From an uncultured Planctomycetia bacterium (lineage in GTDB: Bacteria > Omnitrophota > Gorgyraeia > Duberdicusellales > 4484-171): a stretch of DNA of 64,000 nt. This document shows positions 57,098 through 64,000 of the stretch, piece after piece (the first letter of the stretch is position 1; the number at the start of each line of letters is the position of its first letter). Where the stretch lies: assembly GCA_964629655.1 (NCBI GenBank), contig CAZVQU010000001.1, forward strand, positions 356,056 to 420,055, read 5' to 3'. The translations under genes were made by a program, and so were the position numbers. Under the pieces are notes generated by a model. That model had not been told where the DNA came from. It saw nothing but the letters and a program-made list of their open reading frames with translations, and ran no database searches.

Positions 57098-58133
57098 TTT
57101 CTTCTAAAAACTCCTTGAGCTCTGAAAGCTTATGCTTTGCTCTTTGGGTATCTATTAACTCAGCTGCCATCTTAACGCCCTGCTTAAAATTGCTTACCTT
57201 ACCTAGAATGTAAAAGCAAACACTAGCGTTAGCCAAGACAATATCCCGAGCAGCTCCTCCTTTACCGGCAAATATATCTTTTATGAGACTGGCACTTGCC
57301 TTTGCGTCCTTAACCAATATATCTTTTAACTTAATCCTCTTCAAACCAAAGGCAGAAGGACTTAGAGTCAAAGTGCTGATTTTTTTATTATTCAAAAAAG
57401 CTGCTGCAGTTGTTCCGGTAAGAGAAACCTCATCACAAACATCCTTACCATAAACAACAAAAGCTTTTCTTACCCCTAATCTCCTTAAAACTCTGGCCAG
57501 AGGAAGAATTAAGCCAGAATCGTAGACTCCAAGAAGCTGATAATTAGCCAGGGCCGGATTACAAAGAGGACCTAAGATGTTAAAAATCGTCCTTATGCCC
57601 ATCTCTCTTCTTATCTTGGCCACCTTGCCTAAAGATGGGTGGTATAAAGGAGCGAACAGAAAACCTATACCGATTCTTTTTATTGCCTCTTCCATAACCA
57701 AAGCTGGAAGGCCGACATTTATTCCTAAAGCCTCTAAAACATCAGCGCTTCCGCAGCTTGAAGACATTGCCCTATTGCCATGTTTAGCCAGTTTTATACC
57801 CGCAGCACTGACAATAAAGGCTGTAGCCGTAGAAACATTGAATTTGTTAAGTCCTGAACCACCGGTACCGCAAGTATCCATAATCGGCTCATTGTCATCG
57901 CTTATCATTAGAAATCCCTCTCTGACATTTATCTTTTTAGCCTTTGCTCTGACTACGGTAGCTGCAGCTAGAATCTCTTCTTCACTCTCACCTTTCATCT
58001 TTAAAGAAGTTAAGAAAGAAGCGATTTGAACCGGTGTAACATCAGAGTCAAAGATCTCCTCAAAAGCCTCTTTCATCTGGACAAAAGGGATATCCTTACC
58101 CTTAGTAAATTTATCAATGGCTTCTCTAATCAT
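57090..58133 (-). CDS. trpD: Anthranilate phosphoribosyltransferase
   Basis: DTCGTGGSGLNKFNVSTA...HGNRA motifs. 347 aa. Confidence 0.8.
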   Translation of the reverse strand: MIREAIDKFTKGKDIPFVQMKEAFEEIFDSDVTPVQIASFLTSLKMKGESEEEILAAATVVRAKAKKINVREGFLMISDDNEPIMDTCGTGGSGLNKFNVSTATAFIVSAAGIKLAKHGNRAMSSSCGSADVLEALGINVGLPALVMEEAIKRIGIGFLFAPLYHPSLGKVAKIRREMGIRTIFNILGPLCNPALANYQLLGVYDSGLILPLARVLRRLGVRKAFVVYGKDVCDEVSLTGTTAAAFLNNKKISTLTLSPSAFGLKRIKLKDILVKDAKASASLIKDIFAGKGGAARDIVLANASVCFYILGKVSNFKQGVKMAAELIDTQRAKHKLSELKEFLEENA

Positions 58134-58708
58134 AATTCTAAAAAATTCTTCAATATCTTCTTGCCTTCAGTAGTCAAGATAGATTCTGGATGAAATTGCA
58201 CCCCATATAAAGGAAAATTTTTATCTCTTATCCCCATTATTATACCATTTTTAGTATCAGCGGTAATAGCTAAATTTTTGGGCAAACTTTTTCTTTCAAT
58301 AATCAAAGAGTGATACCTTGTGGCTGGAAAAGGATTCTTAACTCCTTTAAATAGATCACGCCGGTTATGATGGATAAGAGAAATCTTGCCATGCATAATT
58401 TCCCCAGCATTTATAATTCTTCCGCCGAATAAAGAACCAATGCATTGATGTCCCAGACAAACTCCCAAAATTGGTACTTTTTTATAGAATTTACCTATTA
58501 AAGAACGACTTATGCCGGCATCCTTTGGCCTTCCTGGGCCCGGAGAAATAACAATCTTGTTAAATCGTAATCCGGCAAGTTTCTTTAAGCTAATTTTGTC
58601 ATTACGAAAAACAATAGTATCAGCTCCTAATTCCTCTAGATATTGAACAAGATTGTAGGTAAATGAATCGTAATTATCTATAACTAATACTCTCACTTTT
58701 CTCTTCAT
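58130..58708 (-). CDS. trpG: Anthranilate synthase component II / aminodeoxychorismate synthase glutamine amidotransferase subunit
   Basis: Class I GATase (GVCLGHQ...HPES triad). 192 aa. No trpE adjacent. Confidence 0.75.
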   Translation of the reverse strand: MKRKVRVLVIDNYDSFTYNLVQYLEELGADTIVFRNDKISLKKLAGLRFNKIVISPGPGRPKDAGISRSLIGKFYKKVPILGVCLGHQCIGSLFGGRIINAGEIMHGKISLIHHNRRDLFKGVKNPFPATRYHSLIIERKSLPKNLAITADTKNGIIMGIRDKNFPLYGVQFHPESILTTEGKKILKNFLEL

Positions 58709-59971
58709 CTACTGCTTTTCCCTTCTTATCTTTGCTCCTAATTTCCCGAATTTACTCCTTATTTTCTCATAACCGCGATCAATATGGTAAACTCTTAGGA
58801 TCTGACTCTTACCCTTAGCAGCTAAACCAGCAATCACTAGAGCTGCTGATGCCCGCAAGTCAGAAGCCATAATCTCTGCTCCGTATAATCTCTCTTTTCC
58901 TTCAATTATAGCATAAGGGCCATTTCTTTGGATAGATGCGCCCATGCGATTAAGTTCAGCTACATGCATAAACCGATCAGGATAAATCTTCTCAGTTATT
59001 AGAGAAATACCCTTGGCTAAACAGAGACAGGCCATAAATTGGGCCTGCAAATCTGTAGGAAAACCCGGAAAGGGAAGGGTCGTTATATTAACTGGCTTTA
59101 ATTTCTTTGCTGGTTTTACAAAAATAGTAGAATCTTTATCTATCTTAATTACAGCACCAATCCTTCTTGCCGTCTCTATTACTGAGGTAAGATGAAGAGG
59201 ATTTGCACCCTTTATAGTAATAGGAGACTTAGTGGCTAAGCTGGCTGCGATAAAAGTTCCGGCTTCAATCCTATCAGGAATAATTTTAAATTCACAACCT
59301 GATAATTCTTTTACGCCTTTTATTCTTAATATCGGAGTTCCTTCTCCCTCTATCTTTGCCCCGATCTTCTTTAGAAATAAAGCTAAGCACTCTATCTCTG
59401 GCTCACAGGCTGCATGCTCAATAACGCTCTCACCCTCTGCTAAAACAGCAGCCATTAAAATATTGGCAGTAGCAAGAACTGACGAGCCAAAAGCCCCACC
59501 TAAATAAATATGGGCTCCTTTTAACTTCCTTGTCTTAGCCTGACAATAACCTTTTTCAACAGTAATCTCTGCGCCTAAATCACGTAATCCTTTTATGTGC
59601 AAATCTACCGGCCTTGGCCCGATAACGCAGCCACCGGGTAAAGCAACCTTAGCTTTTTTTAGTTTTGCTAAAAGGGGCCCTAGACAACAGAAAGATGCCC
59701 GCATTGTTCTGACCAACCGATAAGGAGCGACAAAGCTCTTATTCTTTTTACTCTTTATAGTAAGAGTATTCCGGATAAACTTAATTTTCTTACCTAAGCC
59801 TTCGAGTATCCCGATCATTGTCTTTATATCTCTTAAATCGGGAACATTACCTATTACACAAGTATGTTCAGTTAGCAAGGTTGCAGCCATAATCGGAAGG
59901 GCAGTATTTTTAGAACCGCTTACTTTAACCTGACCGGATAACCGAGATTGATAAACAACGAATTTATCCAT
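58709..59971 (-). CDS. murA: UDP-N-acetylglucosamine 1-carboxyvinyltransferase
   Basis: VSGSKNTALPIMAA...catalytic Cys loop (LPGGCVIGPRPVD). 420 aa. Confidence 0.85.
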   Translation of the reverse strand: MDKFVVYQSRLSGQVKVSGSKNTALPIMAATLLTEHTCVIGNVPDLRDIKTMIGILEGLGKKIKFIRNTLTIKSKKNKSFVAPYRLVRTMRASFCCLGPLLAKLKKAKVALPGGCVIGPRPVDLHIKGLRDLGAEITVEKGYCQAKTRKLKGAHIYLGGAFGSSVLATANILMAAVLAEGESVIEHAACEPEIECLALFLKKIGAKIEGEGTPILRIKGVKELSGCEFKIIPDRIEAGTFIAASLATKSPITIKGANPLHLTSVIETARRIGAVIKIDKDSTIFVKPAKKLKPVNITTLPFPGFPTDLQAQFMACLCLAKGISLITEKIYPDRFMHVAELNRMGASIQRNGPYAIIEGKERLYGAEIMASDLRASAALVIAGLAAKGKSQILRVYHIDRGYEKIRSKFGKLGAKIRREKQ

Positions 59972-59981
59972 TTTATCTTCC

Positions 59982-60842
59982 TTAAACCTTTTTTAGGATG
60001 AACCCTCTAAAAATTTCTGAATAATCTTTAATCCACTCTTCTAATTTATAAAAAAAAGCTTCTCTTTCAAGGAGTCTATCTACTGCCTGCTTATGCTGAT
60101 AGCCTACCTCGACAACAAGATACCCTTGATCCTTAATGTAATGATGAGCTTCTTTTAATATCTTGTTTATAAGGTCTAAGCCATCTCCTCCCCCGTCTAA
60201 GGCTACTTTTGGCTCAAACAAAAGAGAACCTTTAATATGTTCACTCTCTACGTAAGGAGGATTAGAAATTATTAAATCAAAACTCTTCGGCCCAAATGCA
60301 TCTAGCAAATCTGTATTGATTATCGAGATATCAACCTGATTAAGCTCGGCATTATCTCTGGTAACTTCTGCAGCCTGGGGACTAATGTCTGAGGCAAAGA
60401 TAGATACATCGCAAGCTACTCCTTTTTTAACACTTATCGCAATATTACCTGAACCACACCCTAAATCTAAGACTGATTTTAGATTATTTTTATTGATAAT
60501 CTCTATTGCTCTCTCAACGATCAATTCAGTCTCGGGCCGAGGAATCAAAGTATTCCTGTCAACTCTAAACTCATACCCGAAGAATTCTTCTCTACCGAAA
60601 ATATAAGCAAGAGGCATGCCGCTAATGCAAAGTTCTTTTATCTCATCTAAGTATTGCAAATTCTGCAAATCTATATAGATATCACTACCCAAAGCTTCCA
60701 AATGCTCAAGGTTAAATACATTCTTAATAAGAAAACGTAAATCGCTATCACCGAAAAAGGACCGATTAGTCTTAAGCCAATCCTTTAGCTTCATAAATCT
60801 TTTTTCTCTCCTCACGTATGAGTGCACTTGTGACCTCATCAA
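59982..60842 (-). CDS. prmC: Release factor glutamine N5-methyltransferase
   Basis: [12 protein letters not shown] motif I and ISNPPY motif IV. The listed start overlaps prfA by 71 nt, so the true start is probably an internal Met. Confidence 0.75.
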   Translation of the reverse strand: MMRSQVHSYVRREKRFMKLKDWLKTNRSFFGDSDLRFLIKNVFNLEHLEALGSDIYIDLQNLQYLDEIKELCISGMPLAYIFGREEFFGYEFRVDRNTLIPRPETELIVERAIEIINKNNLKSVLDLGCGSGNIAISVKKGVACDVSIFASDISPQAAEVTRDNAELNQVDISIINTDLLDAFGPKSFDLIISNPPYVESEHIKGSLLFEPKVALDGGGDGLDLINKILKEAHHYIKDQGYLVVEVGYQHKQAVDRLLEREAFFYKLEEWIKDYSEIFRGFILKKV

Positions 60843-61842
60843 GATCTCCCTCTAGCACTTCTTCCAAACGGTAAATAGTAAAATTTATCCTGTGATCAGT
60901 TACCCTTCTTTCGGAATAATTATATGTTCTTATCTTCTCGCTTCTATCTCCGGTTCCCACCTGAATACGGCGACTCTGGCTAACCTTACTAGCCTCCTCT
61001 TCAATCATCTTCTCCATAATCCGGGCCTTGATAACTCTTAAAGCTTTGGCTCTGTTTTTAATCTGAGAACGCTCATCTTGACAAGTGACCACAGCGCCGG
61101 TAGGTAAATGAGTCATTCTTACTGCTGAATCAGTAACATTGACATGCTGACCGCCAGCTCCTGAAGCCCGAAAGGTATCAATTTTGAGATCTTCGGGATT
61201 AATCTTTAGCTCTACCTCTTTAGGTTCAATTAATACTGCCACAGTAACTGTTGAAGTATGCACCCGCCCACCAGACTCAGTAACCGGAACTCTTTGAACG
61301 CGATGTACACCACTCTCAAACTTCAAGCGCCCATAAGAGCCTCTGCCTCTTACAGAGAATACTATCTCCTTAAAACCACCTATTCCTGTAAGGGAAGAAC
61401 TTAAAACTTCCACCTTCCAACCATTGTTCTCAGCATACTTAGAATACATCTTAAACAAAGATGCAGCAAAAAGGGCTGATTCTTCTCCTCCGGCAGCCGA
61501 ACGTATTTCAATGATAAGATCATGGTCGAGAGTCTCGGCGGCGAAAATTTTATCTTCTACCTGCCGATCGATCTTCTCGATCTTAACTACTAGGCTGTCT
61601 AGTTCTTCTTGAGCTAGATTTCTCATCTCTTGGTCTTCTCCAGTATCAGAAATAACACTGGTTAAATGTTCCTTTTCCTTAAGGTAGCTATCTCTTTTAT
61701 CGAGAAGCTTAATAATCTTCTCTAAATAAGAGAACCTTTTGGCAAGCTGAGCGTATTTCTCTCTGTCTTTAAGGACACCCTCGGAAGATAGCTGCTGAGA
61801 AATCTCGGCGTACTCTTCTTTAAGTTTTTCAGAATTAATCAT
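60772..61842 (-). CDS. prfA: Peptide chain release factor 1
   Basis: GGQHVN motif and PxT-type decoding region. 356 aa. Confidence 0.85.
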   Translation of the reverse strand: MINSEKLKEEYAEISQQLSSEGVLKDREKYAQLAKRFSYLEKIIKLLDKRDSYLKEKEHLTSVISDTGEDQEMRNLAQEELDSLVVKIEKIDRQVEDKIFAAETLDHDLIIEIRSAAGGEESALFAASLFKMYSKYAENNGWKVEVLSSSLTGIGGFKEIVFSVRGRGSYGRLKFESGVHRVQRVPVTESGGRVHTSTVTVAVLIEPKEVELKINPEDLKIDTFRASGAGGQHVNVTDSAVRMTHLPTGAVVTCQDERSQIKNRAKALRVIKARIMEKMIEEEASKVSQSRRIQVGTGDRSEKIRTYNYSERRVTDHRINFTIYRLEEVLEGDLDEVTSALIREERKKIYEAKGLA

Positions 61843-61848
61843 CTGAAC

Positions 61849-62052
61849 TTATTTTTTCTTGCCGTATTTCTTAATAAACTTATCAACCCTTCCTTCGGAA
61901 TCAACAAACTTCTGTTTTCCAGTAAAAAAAGGATGACATTTAGAGCAAATTTCCACATTAATAGTCTTTCTTGTGGAACGAGTATGTACTACATTTCCAC
62001 AAGCACACATAACTGTGGCTGCTTCATATTTAGGATGAATCTTTTCCTTCAT
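61849..62052 (-). CDS. rpmE: 50S ribosomal protein L31
   Basis: MKEKIHPKY...CxC...CxxCHPFF zinc-ribbon L31 signature. 67 aa. Confidence 0.8.
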   Translation of the reverse strand: MKEKIHPKYEAATVMCACGNVVHTRSTRKTINVEICSKCHPFFTGKQKFVDSEGRVDKFIKKYGKKK

Positions 62053-62143
62053 GTTAAACCTCCTTAATTTCCTTCAATTCTCTTAACCTTCTGGACCTTG
62101 ACAACTCCAACCATCCTCCCCAAGGCCTTAAAAACGAGGTGTT

Positions 62144-62190
62144 ATTATATCACTATTTATTTAGAGTAAGGAGAAATTCTACATTGTTCT
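62144..62190 (-). promoter_or_regulatory. Candidate rpmE promoter embedded in the 3' end of rho (extended -10 TGaTATAAT)
   Basis: On the minus strand, TGATATAAT follows the rho TAG stop directly (62152-62144). A 90-nt leader with an imperfect GGCCTTGG/CCAAGGTCC hairpin precedes the AGGAGG SD of rpmE. The -35 is weak (TTACTC). Confidence 0.35.
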
Positions 62191-63454
62191 TGGTCTTAGA
62201 CAATTTCTCCATTAGAAGCTCTAAAGCCTCAACGGAACTAAGCTCATTTAGGGCTTTTCTCAATACCCATATTCTCTTAAGCTCATCAGGATGGATAAGC
62301 AACTCTTCTCTTCGGGTGTTAGAGCGTTTTATATCGATAGAAGGGTAAATCCTCTTCTGGAAGATACTTCGATCTAAGGTAATCTCCATATTGCCGGTTC
62401 CTTTAAACTCCTCAAAGATTACATCATCCATGCGCGAACCAGTATCAACTAAACCAGTAGCGATTATGGTTAAAGAACCACCCTCTTCCTGAGCCCTGGC
62501 TGCACCAAAGAATCTTTTAGGTTTATGCAAAGCATTAGAATCAATTCCTCCTGAAAGAATTCTTCCCGAGTGAGGCTCAACAAGATTATAGGCTCGAGCT
62601 AGACGAGTAATACTATCTAGGAGTATAACCACATCCTTCTTATGTTCTACAAGTTTTTTGGCTTTCTCTAAAACCATCTCGGCTACCTGTACATGCCGTT
62701 GGGCCGGCTCATCAAAGGTAGAGCTAATTACCTCTCCTTTTACCGTATTTTTCATCTCAGTAACCTCTTCAGGCCGCTCATCAATGAGCAACACCATAAA
62801 AATAACATCGGGATAGTTCGTTGTTATGGCGTTAGCTATTTTTTGCAAAAGTACTGTCTTGCCGCTATAAGGAGGAGCAACTATTAAACCTCGTTGCCCC
62901 TTGCCGATAGGACAAAGAAGATCGAGTATGCGCGTAGATAGCTCATCAGGGATAGTTTCTAAGATAAACCTCTCCTTAGGATAAATAGGAGTTAAGTTAT
63001 CGAAAAGAATCCTGTTTCTTGACTCCTCAGGATTCTCAAGATTAACTGCCTCAACCTTAAGAAGGGCAAAATACTTCTCATTATCCTTAGGTGGTCTTAT
63101 TTGACCACTAACAGTATCTCCTGTACGCAGAGAAAACTTCCTAATCTGCGAAGGTGAAACGTAAATGTCATCGGGAGAAGGCAAATAATTATAATTACTT
63201 GCTCTCAAAAATCCGAAACCTTCGGACAAAACCTCCAAGACCCCATCACCAAACATAAGCCCCTTCTTTTCTGCTTGAGCTTGTAAAATCTTAAAGATAA
63301 GGTCTTGCTTCTTTAATCCGCTTACCCCATTAACTTTAAGGTCCTTAGATATCCTGTTTAGCTCTGATATCTTCATCCCTTTAAGGGTTCCGATATCACC
63401 GCTATCGTCCACTGTTACTGACTTACTTTTTAATTTTGCTTTATCTTTTTCCAC
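62153..63454 (-). CDS. rho: Transcription termination factor Rho
   Basis: N-terminal RNA-binding CSD-like domain. Walker A APPYSGKT and RecA-like core. 433 aa. Confidence 0.85.
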   Translation of the reverse strand: MEKDKAKLKSKSVTVDDSGDIGTLKGMKISELNRISKDLKVNGVSGLKKQDLIFKILQAQAEKKGLMFGDGVLEVLSEGFGFLRASNYNYLPSPDDIYVSPSQIRKFSLRTGDTVSGQIRPPKDNEKYFALLKVEAVNLENPEESRNRILFDNLTPIYPKERFILETIPDELSTRILDLLCPIGKGQRGLIVAPPYSGKTVLLQKIANAITTNYPDVIFMVLLIDERPEEVTEMKNTVKGEVISSTFDEPAQRHVQVAEMVLEKAKKLVEHKKDVVILLDSITRLARAYNLVEPHSGRILSGGIDSNALHKPKRFFGAARAQEEGGSLTIIATGLVDTGSRMDDVIFEEFKGTGNMEITLDRSIFQKRIYPSIDIKRSNTRREELLIHPDELKRIWVLRKALNELSSVEALELLMEKLSKTKNNVEFLLTLNK

Positions 63455-64000
63455 AGCAAATCAACCTCCTTTTTTAACCGGCTAAAATTCAAACCATTAT
63501 TTACAACAAAATCTGACCCTTTTATTTTTTCTCTAACAGGTCTATACAAAGATAATCTATTTAGGGCCTTACTTTTGCTAAGGCCATACTTTTTAATAAT
63601 CCTATTAATTAAAACCTCCTTTTTTACTACAATTAAAATTATTCTATCAAAATACCGAGTGAGCCTTTTCTCAAAAAGAAGAGGAACCTCAGCAATATAG
63701 ATTTTATTCTTATTACTCTTACCCTGCTTTAGCCACTTTGATAAGTCCTCGGTAACTATTGGGTGAACTATTTTTTCAAGCTTCTTTAACTTACCATTAT
63801 TAGAAAAAACAATACTGCCAAGTTTTTTCCGTGAAACCAAGCCTCCCCTTAAGCATTCCGGAAATACAGCTCTGATCTTCTCATAAACAGGGCCTCTTTT
63901 ATTCCTGTAATAACTGTGGATCTTCTCATCAGCATCGAAAACTTTGGCTCCCTTTCTTTTTAGAAGTTTAAGAACCGTGCTTTTACCTGTAGCTAAATTT
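63430..64000 (-). CDS. coaE: Dephospho-CoA kinase, 5' part runs off the window end
   Basis: The frame stays open to position 64000. Its last codons read [12 protein letters not shown], a P-loop fragment, followed by a CoaE core. The ORF track lists only the 136-aa segment from an internal start. Confidence 0.7.
   Translation of the reverse strand, partial: NLATGKSTVLKLLKRKGAKVFDADEKIHSYYRNKRGPVYEKIRAVFPECLRGGLVSRKKLGSIVFSNNGKLKKLEKIVHPIVTEDLSKWLKQGKSNKNKIYIAEVPLLFEKRLTRYFDRIILIVVKKEVLINRIIKKYGLSKSKALNRLSLYRPVREKIKGSDFVVNNGLNFSRLKKEVDLLWKKIKQN

Noticed and set aside
1-64000. CRISPR arrays, transposases, integrases, prophage or toxin-antitoxin modules
   Set aside because: I found no direct-repeat/spacer periodicity and no recognisable transposase, recombinase or phage structural ORFs. 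The tRNA-Pro is not followed by an integrase, so no evidence for an integrated element.

Overview
This 64 kb low-GC window (roughly 35-40% GC by eye) has every credible gene on the minus strand, tightly packed with many 1-4 nt overlaps that suggest long translationally coupled operons. LptD is present, so the organism is diderm; I cannot assign a taxon from sequence alone. Positions 1-47118 are one large glycan (O-antigen/capsule/EPS-type) biosynthesis locus. It contains several modules. (1) Two PP-loop N-acetyl-sugar amidotransferases flank an amidase-signature enzyme. (2) A nonulosonic-acid (Pse/Leg-like) module has a DegT aminotransferase, a GNAT, a short NeuB-like synthase and a NeuA/SpsF-like cytidylyltransferase. 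(3) A PAPS-generating sulfation module has a sulfotransferase, a fused ATP sulfurylase/APS kinase and two further APS kinases. (4) There are CDP-, UDP-GlcA/Xyl- and UDP-ManNAcA-type sugar nucleotide enzymes. (5) A heptose module has a split transketolase, a GmhA-like isomerase and an HldE-like fusion. (6) There are two radical SAM enzymes, three GT2s, a GtrB-like lipid-carrier glycosyltransferase with large uncharacterised membrane proteins, and an MsbA/PglK-like ABC exporter. (7) Internal regulators are a NusG-paralog (UpxY/RfaH-like) and an EPS-type MarR winged-helix protein. Downstream of the locus lie lptD, fsa/tal, a ROK kinase, tRNA-Pro(CGG), ribE, rsfS, an M16 peptidase, trpGDCFBA with no trpE, murA, prmC, prfA, rpmE, rho and the start of coaE. 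I saw no CRISPR array, transposase or integrase. The most unusual non-coding locus is the 475 bp ribE-rsfS spacer. It carries a near-consensus promoter, a strong SD, a 21-codon Lys-rich micro-ORF and an oppositely oriented GC hairpin.
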